Positions 1 to 9,561 of a stretch of 38,033 bases of DNA are shown one piece after another. The DNA lies in assembly GCA_042217545.1 (NCBI GenBank), contig JBDGSM010000013.1, positions 1-38,033 on the forward strand, in the 5' to 3' direction. The notes beneath the pieces were generated by a model. The model had not been told where the DNA came from. It was given only the letters and a program-made list of their open reading frames with translations, and searched no databases. Source of the DNA: Candidatus Nanohalobium sp. Lineage in GTDB: Archaea > Nanohalarchaeota > Nanosalinia > Nanosalinales > Nanosalinaceae. The translations under genes and the position numbers were made by a program. Each line of letters begins with the position of its first letter. The first letter of the stretch is position 1.

Positions 1-79
1 CCTTTCCGATTTCTGAAGGTTTTTCTTTTCTGGCCTTCAGAAGTTAATCCTTTAAGCAGCGGAGCACATATCTTGTCTT

Positions 80-571
80 ATGACGGACTTTGAGCGGGCG
101 TTGGTTAACTCCTTCAACAAGTTCTTTGAGGAGGAGGATATCAACGGTATCGCACACAGGAAGAAGCAGCACCGTTTTTCAAGCCAGTTATGCGATGTAC
201 TCGTGGATTCGAAGCATGAAACGTTTTATATTGCGATAGAGAACAAGTCAGTCAAGACATCCAGTACTAACAAGCTCTACTTTTCCCAGCACTTCTCCCA
301 CAGCAAGAACGGCCACCAGGTCGAACGTATAAGCGATTTCATCGACAGAAGCGGTAGAAACGGTTTCCTGGCGGTTGAGTTCAAGAGAGGCAGAGGGAAA
401 GCGCGTAAGGCCTATATGGTGCCGTGGAGCAAAGTGCGTGAGGCCTATGAGGCGGGAGAGCCTGGTCTTCACCTTGATGATATACGTGAGTATCCGGAGA
501 TCTTCCGTGACTCCGAGGACTACGACCTGAAGGAGAACATGATGGAGATGTTCGTGGAGTCCGGGGCCTGA
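80..571 (+). CDS. PD-(D/E)XK nuclease, Holliday junction resolvase-like
   Basis: N-terminal FER helix and CDVLVDS...IENKS PD-(D/E)XK motif; TATA (tttaag, 51) 29 nt upstream of the ATG. Confidence 0.7.
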   Translation: MTDFERALVNSFNKFFEEEDINGIAHRKKQHRFSSQLCDVLVDSKHETFYIAIENKSVKTSSTNKLYFSQHFSHSKNGHQVERISDFIDRSGRNGFLAVEFKRGRGKARKAYMVPWSKVREAYEAGEPGLHLDDIREYPEIFRDSEDYDLKENMMEMFVESGA

Positions 572-608
572 AATAGTTCTTTAAACCAGCGCTGTCAATC
601 ATTGTTTG

Positions 609-1217
609 ATGGGTGAGAACGCTTTACCTGGCAGGCAGGACATGATCAACTTCCTGGCAGCATCTGCTTTACTTGGAATCTCTTTCACAGCATTCTCCGG
701 AAGATTTACTCTAGAAAGACTTGTCCTCTACCTGGTTGCAGGCCTTATAGTCATGTTTCTCAGGGAGGGCGGTCAGAGAACGGTCGCGCACTGGATGGAC
801 TCCTACGTTGAACTGAATGTCTCCCGGGAAGGAGCGTTCCTCACATTGATGGCAGCAGTCTTTTCTGTAGTAGCGAACACACCTTTCCTGCTTCTGTTCC
901 CGATATACACAGAGTTCTCCGGAAAGAGCTACGAGCAATGGGGCAAGGAGATAGACGCCATGTGGATGAAAAGGAAGTACTGGCTTTCCTCAGCAGGCAT
1001 AATAGGCCTCTGGCTTGGATGGGGTCTCGCATACCTCTGGTCTCTGAACATTATAGCACAGGCCATCTCCCTTTTCACAATCTTCCAGCTACTGCCACTT
1101 GACTACGAGAAAATCCCTGCAGGTCCACTGGACGGGGCAACAATCCTGAGGTGGAGCGGTTTCACCTGGCTGATGATGATGGGATTCAGCATACTGATGT
1201 ACGTCTTCGTCATCTAG
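609..1217 (+). CDS. Membrane protein, peptidase M50 (site-2 protease)-like, probably inactive
   Basis: Multiple TM segments; C-terminal FQLLP...GPLDG resembles the M50 NLLPxxPLDG motif; the HExxH position reads LREGGQ. Confidence 0.6.
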   Translation: MGENALPGRQDMINFLAASALLGISFTAFSGRFTLERLVLYLVAGLIVMFLREGGQRTVAHWMDSYVELNVSREGAFLTLMAAVFSVVANTPFLLLFPIYTEFSGKSYEQWGKEIDAMWMKRKYWLSSAGIIGLWLGWGLAYLWSLNIIAQAISLFTIFQLLPLDYEKIPAGPLDGATILRWSGFTWLMMMGFSILMYVFVI

Positions 1218-1257
1218 ATGTAGCGGTTTTTTATTCCAGGGAAGGCCTTGATTTTCC

Positions 1258-2520
1258 ATGCCTCAAATAAGCGTCGGCAGGGACGACGACCTGACCGATG
1301 AATACGGTTTGAAAGGAACAGGGAAGATAGGGAAACATCTTGTAGGAGAAAACGAAGAGGCACACGGCGCAAACCCTATCAACTTCGACCTCGCCACACC
1401 ACACGTCATGGGAGTCTTCGGAAAGAGAGGAACGGGAAAAAGCTACTCCCTCGGAACCATAGCCGAAGAAATACACGACGCAGACGTATCAGACAACCTT
1501 TCTACAATAATAGTCGACCCAATGGGGATATACTGGTCAATGAAAAGGCCTAACGACCGTGCAGCAACAATGCTCGAAAGATGGGACCTCAAGCCAAAGG
1601 GATACGAGATAAACATCTTCATACCGGAGGGAAAGACCCAGAGCTTCGAGGAAGACGACATGCCCTACGACGAAACATTCACACTCAACCCCGCGGAACT
1701 ATCCGCAACCGAATGGGCAATGGCCTTCGACCTCGAACTCAACTCAAAGATTGGCATACTCCTCGAAAGAGTAGTAACCAAACTCGACGACAAGTTCGGC
1801 AACGAATACGGCCTGAACCAGATGATAAAGGCCCTGGACAAGTTCGACTTCGACAAAGACACCAGAAGAGCGCTGGAAAACAGGTTCCAGAACGCAAAGG
1901 ACTGGGGAATCTTCGGAGAGGAAAGCACTATCGACGACTTCATGAAAAGAGGAGAGATCTCAGTCATCGACATGTCAGTATTCGGCGAAATGAGCTCTGG
2001 ATGGTCGGTAAGAAGCCTCGTAGTAGGCCTCCTCGCCAAAAGAGTGCTCAGGCAGAGAATGGCAGCCAGAAGAATGGAGGAACTCAACGAGATGCAGGGC
2101 CTCTCACAGAACGAAATGCCTATAGTATGGATGCTAATCGACGAAGCACACCAGTTCATACCCGACAAAGGAAGGACGCCAGCAACCAAACCACTCCTGA
2201 GATGGGTGAAGATCGGAAGAGAACCAGGAGTTTCTCTAGCACTATGTACACAGCAGCCGAACAAACTGAACTCCAACGCATTAAGCCAGTGCGACGTAAT
2301 ACTTTCACACCGCCTGACAGCGAAGGAGGACATCCAGGCCCTCGGAGAGATCATGCAGAGCTACATGAGACACGACATCGGCCACTACATTGACGCACTG
2401 CCGGACAGGCCTGGAACAGGCATCCTGCTTGACGACAACTCGGAGAGAGTCTTCCCGATCCAGATGAGACCTCGAAGAAGCTGGCACGCCGGAGGAACAC
2501 CGGACGCATTCGAAGACTGA
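1258..2520 (+). CDS. HerA/FtsK-family ATPase (DUF87)
   Basis: Walker A GKRGTGKS, IIVDPMG, Walker B LIDEAH, GREPG arginine finger, TQQP. Confidence 0.9.
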   Translation: MPQISVGRDDDLTDEYGLKGTGKIGKHLVGENEEAHGANPINFDLATPHVMGVFGKRGTGKSYSLGTIAEEIHDADVSDNLSTIIVDPMGIYWSMKRPNDRAATMLERWDLKPKGYEINIFIPEGKTQSFEEDDMPYDETFTLNPAELSATEWAMAFDLELNSKIGILLERVVTKLDDKFGNEYGLNQMIKALDKFDFDKDTRRALENRFQNAKDWGIFGEESTIDDFMKRGEISVIDMSVFGEMSSGWSVRSLVVGLLAKRVLRQRMAARRMEELNEMQGLSQNEMPIVWMLIDEAHQFIPDKGRTPATKPLLRWVKIGREPGVSLALCTQQPNKLNSNALSQCDVILSHRLTAKEDIQALGEIMQSYMRHDIGHYIDALPDRPGTGILLDDNSERVFPIQMRPRRSWHAGGTPDAFED

Positions 2521-2575
2521 TTCCGAAAGCTTAAGGCCTTCCACACGCAATTTTTCTAACAAAGGGATTCCTGAA

Positions 2576-3112
2576 GTGATACTGGACAAATACTTCGGTA
2601 AAGAAGTGATGAACGGTGTCTACCAGATCGTTACGGCACCACTCAGCCATCCAGACATGATCCCGACCTTGCTCCCACTTATCCTCGGAGGAGTCGTCCT
2701 CGAACTCTACTTCGGCAAGTACACCGAAGAAAACCTGGGCTGGAACTCATCAGTCTCCAACTCCGTAATCTGGATATCAACAGGCATCACATTAATACTG
2801 ACCGCGAACCTCACAACTATCTGGGGAAAAGGCGTCTCATACTTCCTCATAGGCCTGGGTCTCTTCACAGGGTACATGAACTTCTTCCATAAATGGAACC
2901 CGACAGTCGCATTCATAGCCTCCTCCTCCGGCGTCGTATACTCCATAGCCTACGTATCAGTAGTCATGATAAAATCAGGGATGCCTCTCAACCAGACAAC
3001 GATCCAGTCAGCAGCCCTCGCACTCATAGGCATAGGAATCTGCTTCCACCTCATAAAATTCATAGAACCGTCGAAGAAAGACTTATTCGGCATGGAAGGC
3101 TCCCGGATCTGA
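2576..3112 (+). CDS. Hypothetical integral membrane protein
   Basis: 178 aa with about 5 hydrophobic segments; host-like codon usage; GTG start. Confidence 0.7.
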   Translation: MILDKYFGKEVMNGVYQIVTAPLSHPDMIPTLLPLILGGVVLELYFGKYTEENLGWNSSVSNSVIWISTGITLILTANLTTIWGKGVSYFLIGLGLFTGYMNFFHKWNPTVAFIASSSGVVYSIAYVSVVMIKSGMPLNQTTIQSAALALIGIGICFHLIKFIEPSKKDLFGMEGSRI

Positions 3113-3159
3113 AAAGGCCTCCAGTCAGTTTATCAAAATTCAACTCCCTAAAATTTTGT

Positions 3160-5370
3160 GTGACACAGCTACTGAAAACCGACGTACTGGAATCCAGGGC
3201 CTACCAAGAAGTCATCGCAGCATCAGCATCCAACAAGAACACGTTAGTAGTGCTGCCGACAGGCCTCGGAAAAACAGTAATAGCCGCCATGGTGGCATCA
3301 CAGAAACTGAAAAATGGGAAAGTCCTCTTCATGGCGCCGACAAAACCGCTGGTCGAACAGCATCTCAAAGAATTCGACACGCTTCTCAACGTCGACAAAA
3401 GCCAGATGCAGATCATGACCGGAGAGACAAGGCCTGACAAACGTTACGAGCTCTGGCAGGAGAAAAAAATCTTCTTCGGAACACCACAGGTCGTCGAAAA
3501 CGATATAATCGCAGGAGAAGTACCGACCGAAGATTTCGCATTGACAATCTTCGACGAGGCGCACAGAGGAACAGGAGAGTACAGCTACGTCTTCATCAGC
3601 GAGAAAATGAACAGCCAGAAACTGGCGCTGACAGCATCTCCCGGCGGATCCAAGGAAAAAATCATGGAGGTCGCTGGAAACCTGGAGATAAACAACTTCG
3701 AGGTCAGAACGGAAGACGACCCGGATGTAGAACCGTACATCCAGGACAAGGAGGTAAACTGGAACTACGTATCCCTCGACAACAGGTTCGAAAAAGCCAA
3801 GGAAGACCTGGAAGAAGCCAAGAGAGAACAACTCAAAGAACTGAAACGGCTCGACCAGATAAACTCCATAAACAACGTCAAGAAGACCGACCTGCTCAAC
3901 TTAAGAGGAAAACTCGGCTCAAAACTCTCCAACACAGATGACCCAAAACTATACAGCGCGATATCACGGGTAGCCACCGCACTCAAAATCTCACAGGCAC
4001 TGGAACTTCTCGAAACACAGGGAGTCAGCCAGGCCTACGAATACATGCGAGGCCTCGAAAACGACGACTCGAAAGCCGCCAAACGCGCGGTCGATCACGA
4101 AAAATTCGTCAAAGCAAGAGGCATGATCGAACACCTCAAAAAGAAAGGAGAGGAACACCCCAAGATCGACAAGCTGCGAGAAATACTCAACGACAAGGCC
4201 TCGGATGAAAAAGCCATAGTCTTCACAGAGTACCGCTCCTCATGCGACGCAATAACAGAGGATCTTAACTCCTCCGGCTTCAACTCGGTCAAGTTCATCG
4301 GCCAGCAGGGAGACGACGGCATGACCCAGAACAAGCAGGCAGAAGTGCTCCAGGCCTTTGAAGACGACAAGTACGACGTCCTTGTATCTACAAGCATCGG
4401 CGAGGAAGGCCTTGACATCCCGGCGGTGGACTACGTAATCTTCTATGAGCCAGTGCCTTCCGGCATCCGTGACATCCAGCGTGCGGGGAGGACAGGCCGC
4501 CAGGAATCAGGTAAAGTTGTGGTCCTGATCGCGGAGAACACCAGGGATGAAGGATACTACTGGAGTGCACACCACAAAAAGAAGAAAATGAAGAAAGTAC
4601 TAAACGAACTTAAGGGCGAGACCCCGGATATGGCAGCAGAGAAAGAAGAAAACGAAAACGGTCAGAAGACCCTGGCTGACGGCTTCGACAGTGAAAAGGG
4701 AGAGAAAGATGAGAAGATCGCAGATCCTACGGAAGAGGAAGAGCTCGTGGTCTACGCAGATGACAGGGAGAACAAGGTGGCGAAGGAGCTCTCCCGGATG
4801 GATACGGTCGTGAAGAAGAAGAGGCTTGAAGTCGCGGACTTCCTCGTCTCGGAGAGGACTGCGATCGAGAGGAAGGAAGCGAAGGACTTCGTGGATTCTA
4901 TAATAGACAACAGGATGTTCGAGCAGATCCAGTCGCTCCATCAGTTCGAGAACCCTGTCCTCATCATAGAAGGAAAGGACCTGTACTCCCACAGAGACAT
5001 ACACCCCAACGCCATACGCGGCGCCCTCGCATCAATCGCCATCGACCACAGCATCAGCATACTCTGGAGCAACGAAATCAAAGGAACAGCCGAACTACTC
5101 CAGTCATTGGCGAAGCGGGAGCAGGAAGAAAACAAGGAAGAAGTCGCGGTCAGAGGCGGAAAAAGCCCGAAGACGGAGAAAGAACTCCAGGAATTCGTAG
5201 TAGCAGGCCTCCCTGACGTGAACACCAAGATCGCAAGAAGACTACTGAAACAGTTCGAAACCATACAGAACGTCCTAACCGCCTCAGAGGAAGATCTCAA
5301 GGAAGTCGAGGGAATCGGCGGCAAAAAAGCAGAATCAATACGGGAACTCGTAGAAAAAAAGTATGAGTAA
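3160..5370 (+). CDS. hef: Hef: FANCM-like DEAH helicase fused to ERCC4 nuclease and HhH domains
   Basis: PTGLGKT, DEAH, TAS and QRAGRTGR helicase motifs; ERCC4 VADF...ERK motif; C-terminal HhH (VEGIG). Start reassigned to GTG 3160, about 31 nt after tttatca at 3129; the ORF-track start overlaps the upstream gene. Confidence 0.92.
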   Translation: MTQLLKTDVLESRAYQEVIAASASNKNTLVVLPTGLGKTVIAAMVASQKLKNGKVLFMAPTKPLVEQHLKEFDTLLNVDKSQMQIMTGETRPDKRYELWQEKKIFFGTPQVVENDIIAGEVPTEDFALTIFDEAHRGTGEYSYVFISEKMNSQKLALTASPGGSKEKIMEVAGNLEINNFEVRTEDDPDVEPYIQDKEVNWNYVSLDNRFEKAKEDLEEAKREQLKELKRLDQINSINNVKKTDLLNLRGKLGSKLSNTDDPKLYSAISRVATALKISQALELLETQGVSQAYEYMRGLENDDSKAAKRAVDHEKFVKARGMIEHLKKKGEEHPKIDKLREILNDKASDEKAIVFTEYRSSCDAITEDLNSSGFNSVKFIGQQGDDGMTQNKQAEVLQAFEDDKYDVLVSTSIGEEGLDIPAVDYVIFYEPVPSGIRDIQRAGRTGRQESGKVVVLIAENTRDEGYYWSAHHKKKKMKKVLNELKGETPDMAAEKEENENGQKTLADGFDSEKGEKDEKIADPTEEEELVVYADDRENKVAKELSRMDTVVKKKRLEVADFLVSERTAIERKEAKDFVDSIIDNRMFEQIQSLHQFENPVLIIEGKDLYSHRDIHPNAIRGALASIAIDHSISILWSNEIKGTAELLQSLAKREQEENKEEVAVRGGKSPKTEKELQEFVVAGLPDVNTKIARRLLKQFETIQNVLTASEEDLKEVEGIGGKKAESIRELVEKKYE

Positions 5371-6385
5371 AAAGAAGAAGGCCCTGATAGTCGGGATCGA
5401 CCCGGGAAGCACCTCAGCAGTCGCAGCAGTCGACCTCGACGGCGAAATAGAACTTCTGGAAAGCGGGAAAAACTTCCCGTCCAGCGAAATAATAGAGAGG
5501 ATAGTAAAAGTCGGAAGGCCTGTAGTCATCGCCTCAGATAAAGGTAAAACTCCTTCAACTGTCCAGGACATCGGTTCCTCCCTCGGCGCGGAAATCTTCG
5601 AACCGGATGAAGACCTGGACTCACAGAGAAAGAAAGAACTGGGTAAAGGAGCGAACGACCACGAGAAAGACGCAGTAGCCTCCGCAGTATACGCGTACAA
5701 CAGTCTGCAGCGGGAGATAAGGAAGATAGAGAAATACAAGGACAAACTCGATATCGAGAGGCCTGAAGTCGCGAAGAGATACTTCTCCGACAGGCCTCTC
5801 GAACCTGAAGAAGAGGAAAACGAGGAAGAACATGTCGAAGAAGCTGAAGAAAGCTCTGAAGTCGAAAAGGACAGGGAAAAACAGCGTTTGAACCGGAAAA
5901 TCCAGAACCTCGAGGAACAGGTCGATGCACTGAAATCGGAGCTGGGAGAGGAAAGAAGAGACAGGAAAAAACTTAGGCAGAAGTACGAGGATCTCCGGGA
6001 GGGTAAACTGGATGAAATCGTTGAACAGCAGGAGATCAGGAAGAGAGAAGGCATCATCAAGGACAAGAACCGTGAGATCGGTGAACTTGAGGAAGAACTG
6101 GAAAACGCCGAGATCAGGGAGAGACAGTACCGAGAAGCAATCAAGGCCCTGAAAGAAGGCGCAGAAGTAATCCCTGTGATCGACGAAAGAACTGAAGAGA
6201 TACCTGAAAAAGCAGTAACCCGTTCAGAGGAGTTCGGGGAAAAACTGAGGAAGAAAGGATTCAACGTCCACAGAACAGAGGATATAGAAGGCGTGGAACT
6301 CAAAGACCATTTCATAGCCCATGAATTCCCCGAGAACGCAGAAAACTTCGAAGAGATCATAAAAGAATACAGAGAATCCCGATGA
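5363..6385 (+). CDS. DUF460 family protein (RNase H-like N-terminus plus coiled coil)
   Basis: IVGIDPGST motif, NDHEKDAVA motif, long coiled coil; overlaps the hef stop. Confidence 0.85.
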   Translation: MSKKKKALIVGIDPGSTSAVAAVDLDGEIELLESGKNFPSSEIIERIVKVGRPVVIASDKGKTPSTVQDIGSSLGAEIFEPDEDLDSQRKKELGKGANDHEKDAVASAVYAYNSLQREIRKIEKYKDKLDIERPEVAKRYFSDRPLEPEEEENEEEHVEEAEESSEVEKDREKQRLNRKIQNLEEQVDALKSELGEERRDRKKLRQKYEDLREGKLDEIVEQQEIRKREGIIKDKNREIGELEEELENAEIRERQYREAIKALKEGAEVIPVIDERTEEIPEKAVTRSEEFGEKLRKKGFNVHRTEDIEGVELKDHFIAHEFPENAENFEEIIKEYRESR

Positions 6386-6954
6386 AGATCCTGCCCCACT
6401 TCTTCAAACAGGACGGCCTCAACGAAAGACAGCAAAACCTCTACGAGACTCTCGAGTTCCTATCCAAACTCCTGTTCGCCGGAATCTTCTTCCAGGCAAT
6501 CCTGTTCATCTACCCAGATACCACGGGAATTCAGTCCCTGCTCGCTACGATAAGCGCCACGCTCACAGACCCGTTCTTAAAGGCCTCGCTTGGACACTCC
6601 GGCATCAAGGTAACAGCCGGAAACGTCAACTACGTAATATCACAGGACTGCATAGGCTGGAAATCAGTCTCTGCGTTCACAGCCCTGATCTTTGCCTCAT
6701 CAGACAGATTCAGAGACCACATAAAACCTCTCGTCGCAGGCTCCCTCCTGATTCTTCTGGCAAACATCTTCAGAATAGTCACAACTATAGCTTTGAGCCA
6801 CAGAGGCCTGATCTCCTTCAACGTGATACATGACTTCCTCTGGAAATGGAGCCTGACATTTATCGTATTCCTACTCTGGATAATCTGGTACGAAGACCTG
6901 ATAACTCCTGAAGACCTGTCCTGGAAAGGCCTATCCGATAAAATACGGTTCTAG
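6382..6954 (+). CDS. Exosortase/archaeosortase family transpeptidase
   Basis: Multi-TM protein with the Cys-Arg-His triad: ISQDCIG, NIFRI, IHD. Confidence 0.8.
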   Translation: MKILPHFFKQDGLNERQQNLYETLEFLSKLLFAGIFFQAILFIYPDTTGIQSLLATISATLTDPFLKASLGHSGIKVTAGNVNYVISQDCIGWKSVSAFTALIFASSDRFRDHIKPLVAGSLLILLANIFRIVTTIALSHRGLISFNVIHDFLWKWSLTFIVFLLWIIWYEDLITPEDLSWKGLSDKIRF

Positions 6955-7760
6955 AAGAGGTGAAGGAGTAGAGGCACTCCTGCTCCGATCATGTCGGTCA
7001 GAAGAAGTGCAACAGGGAAAACAGGCATGAAACGGATGCCTTCCTTGACCTCTACTTCATCGGTATCGAGATCATCTATTTCCTCCTCCGTTATGCCCTC
7101 TATCACGTCTCCCTGGTCAGCTACTACCTCACCGCCTTCAAGATCCTCTACAGCAACTGTTTTAGTCATCTCAGTATCTTCAAGCACCTTCAGGAATGGG
7201 TAGAGGAAAATTACGAGCAGGAGAGAGGCGAAGTACGTGTAAGGATTCATCCCCATGTAGGACACGTAGCCGGCTAACGCGGAAGCACCAATTATCTCAA
7301 GGACGATCTTCAACCTATCACCCGAGATCCTGCCTCTAACCCTGCCCATGAAGCCCTCAGAGCTGTAGGCCTTGGACGCGGCAAAAGCTATCGTGTAAAG
7401 AAGGCCTATAATCATCATATTAACCAGGAAGTTCAATGGAAACATTATACCAGGTCCTGACATGGCGTAAGGTGCTGCAAAACCTACGACAGTAAGGCCC
7501 ATGGCGTCTGCACCGCCCCACATACCCTGGAAGTAGGCGAACCAGCCGTAAGCTGCAAAGACGAGGCCTGTCACCGCCATCCAGATCATCGGCGTCCATG
7601 AGGAGACCTGAAAACTGTAGGCTGCGTGAAGCAGTAGGCCTCCACCGATCCCTATCCAGGCCGGAAGATCAGGTACGTCACCCTTCTCCGAGAATACATC
7701 AAACAGCGAGTTGATTAACAACACGGAGAAGGCCAGTAAGTGGGACAGAAGCAAGTACAT
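6951..7760 (-). CDS. Prepilin/prearchaellin peptidase (A24, PibD/FlaK/EppA-like)
   Basis: N-terminal Asp (SLFD), MWGGADA GxGD-type motif, C-terminal GIRFMPVFP, many TM helices. Confidence 0.85.
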   Translation of the reverse strand: MYLLLSHLLAFSVLLINSLFDVFSEKGDVPDLPAWIGIGGGLLLHAAYSFQVSSWTPMIWMAVTGLVFAAYGWFAYFQGMWGGADAMGLTVVGFAAPYAMSGPGIMFPLNFLVNMMIIGLLYTIAFAASKAYSSEGFMGRVRGRISGDRLKIVLEIIGASALAGYVSYMGMNPYTYFASLLLVIFLYPFLKVLEDTEMTKTVAVEDLEGGEVVADQGDVIEGITEEEIDDLDTDEVEVKEGIRFMPVFPVALLLTDMIGAGVPLLLHLF

Positions 7761-7803
7761 AACAGAGTTTAAAACCAGTCGCAGTTAAAACTGTATTGTT
7801 AAG

Positions 7804-9561
7804 ATGCCGGAGAACTGGGAGAATCTTGTTATCGAAACCGGGGTTGACACTGTTCTGGGATACCTCGCAGAAAACGGAGAAGCATCAGTATCAGAGATAT
7901 CAAAGGAAGCAGGTATCGATCAGGACCGGATAAAGGACTGGGCGGACGCCCTCGAACAGGAAGGCCTAATCGGCAAGAACTACACCATCAGATCAGGTCT
8001 CGTCCTGGAGTACAACGAGGAAAACATCGAAGAGATCAAGAAAAAACGGGACAAAGTTCACAGCGACCTGAAAGACAAGTCCAGCAAGATACAGAAACAC
8101 GCGGAGAAGAAAAGCAAACAGATAGACCAGATCAGGGACCAGCTGGAGAAGACCGCCATGGACATGGAAGCCGAGGAACTCAAGGAGGAATCCATAGACC
8201 AGAGAATAGAAGAACTTGAACAACTCCAGCAACAGCTCGACGAACACATGGAACAGTTCGAAGACGACAGGATCAAGACAGAAGCACTGAGCCTGATGCA
8301 GGACATCGACGAAGTAATAGACGAAATCGACCAGGCAGACGCAGACATAGACTACGAAAAAGAAGAACACGACATCAGAAGAAAAGTAAAGGCCTTCCAG
8401 AACCTGCACGAAAAAATAGAACAAAACGAAAGAGAAAAATATGGTTCAGAGGAAGAAAAAGAAGAAGACGAGGAAGAAGCTGAAAGCAAACTGACCTCCA
8501 TAAAATCCAAGGTACCATTCAAACTCCCTCCGATACCACCATTCAAATCCTCAGGAAGCAAACCGGAAGAAAACGAAGACGAGAAACAGGAGGCCTCAGA
8601 AGAAAAAGAACAGAGCCTGGTGGAAGAAGAAACATCCGGAAAGGAAAATGAAGAACAGGATGAGGCCGGTGAAGAGGAGCAGGACAGCGAAAATAAGGAT
8701 ACAGAAGAGGACGGAGACGAAGAGGGTAGGGAAGAAAGCTTCGAGGAAAGAGATGAGCCCTCTGAAGACGAGGACACTGAAGCAGATGAGATCCAGCAGA
8801 TAGTGGAACAGGCCTCACAGGAAGACGAGGAAGATCAGGATCAGAAGTCCTCAGAAGATGAACCAGTAGAAGAGCAGGAGGAAGAGGAGCGGGACAGCGA
8901 AAATAAGGATACAGAAGAGGAAGAAAAAACCGGTGAAACTGCAGAGCAGGCCTCCGAGGCAGAGGATCAGGGTTCAAGCATAATAGAAACTGATTCTGTG
9001 AGCGAGGAATCGGAATCGGAAAGAGAGGATGGGGAAGAAGGATCCGAGAACGAAGCTTCTTCGATCATCTCAGGCGGAAGCTCCAGCAGCGAAAGCACTG
9101 ATGAGACCTCGAACACCGTTGAAGACGATGAAAAAGGTGAAAAAGAGGAGAATAGTTCCGGGGACTCTTCCATAATCTCCTCCGGCCAGGATAGCTCCAG
9201 TGAAAACGAGGAAGAGCAGGAGGAGCAGGAACAAGAAGAATCCCGTGAAGGAGAAACCTCCGGAAAGGAAAATGAAGAACAGGATGAAGAAGACAGAGAG
9301 GCGCAGGAAAACGAAGATGAAGATGGAAACGATGAAAACTCCGAAGAAGATGTTGAGGCCTCGGATCAGGAAACAGGCAGCGAACCCGAAGCGGAAATGG
9401 ATTACGAACAGATTTTAAATGATCATGTTGAGAAAGCATCGGAGTTCAGGATCGAAGACCTGGACGATCCGGACTACGAGGCCCTGCTGGAGTTCGAGAA
9501 AAACCATAAAGACAGGAAAACCATGAAAGAGTTCCTTGAGGAGAAGATAGACGATGAGTGA
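7804..9561 (+). CDS. Extremely acidic low-complexity protein with N-terminal winged-helix-like domain, coiled coil and small C-terminal helical domain
   Basis: N-terminal VSEISKEAGI...WADALEQEGLI resembles a wHTH; about 330 aa of E/D/S-rich disorder; C-terminal EKNHKDRKTM; overlaps the ATPase start. Confidence 0.7.
   Translation: MPENWENLVIETGVDTVLGYLAENGEASVSEISKEAGIDQDRIKDWADALEQEGLIGKNYTIRSGLVLEYNEENIEEIKKKRDKVHSDLKDKSSKIQKHAEKKSKQIDQIRDQLEKTAMDMEAEELKEESIDQRIEELEQLQQQLDEHMEQFEDDRIKTEALSLMQDIDEVIDEIDQADADIDYEKEEHDIRRKVKAFQNLHEKIEQNEREKYGSEEEKEEDEEEAESKLTSIKSKVPFKLPPIPPFKSSGSKPEENEDEKQEASEEKEQSLVEEETSGKENEEQDEAGEEEQDSENKDTEEDGDEEGREESFEERDEPSEDEDTEADEIQQIVEQASQEDEEDQDQKSSEDEPVEEQEEEERDSENKDTEEEEKTGETAEQASEAEDQGSSIIETDSVSEESESEREDGEEGSENEASSIISGGSSSSESTDETSNTVEDDEKGEKEENSSGDSSIISSGQDSSSENEEEQEEQEQEESREGETSGKENEEQDEEDREAQENEDEDGNDENSEEDVEASDQETGSEPEAEMDYEQILNDHVEKASEFRIEDLDDPDYEALLEFEKNHKDRKTMKEFLEEKIDDE
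8629..9287 (+). repeat. Two internal near-perfect direct repeats in the acidic gene
   Basis: 35 bp at 8629-8663 and 9253-9287 (ETSGKENEEQDE); 41 bp at 8671-8711 and 8881-8921 (EEE.DSENKDTEE); one mismatch in each pair. Confidence 0.9.

Noticed and set aside
1581..2393. 270-aa Arg-rich alternative-frame ORF inside herA
   Set aside because: Frame shadow from biased codon usage; no motif.
2893..3159. N-terminal extension of Hef in the ORF track
   Set aside because: It overlaps the upstream membrane gene in another frame; the promoter and homology start at 3160.
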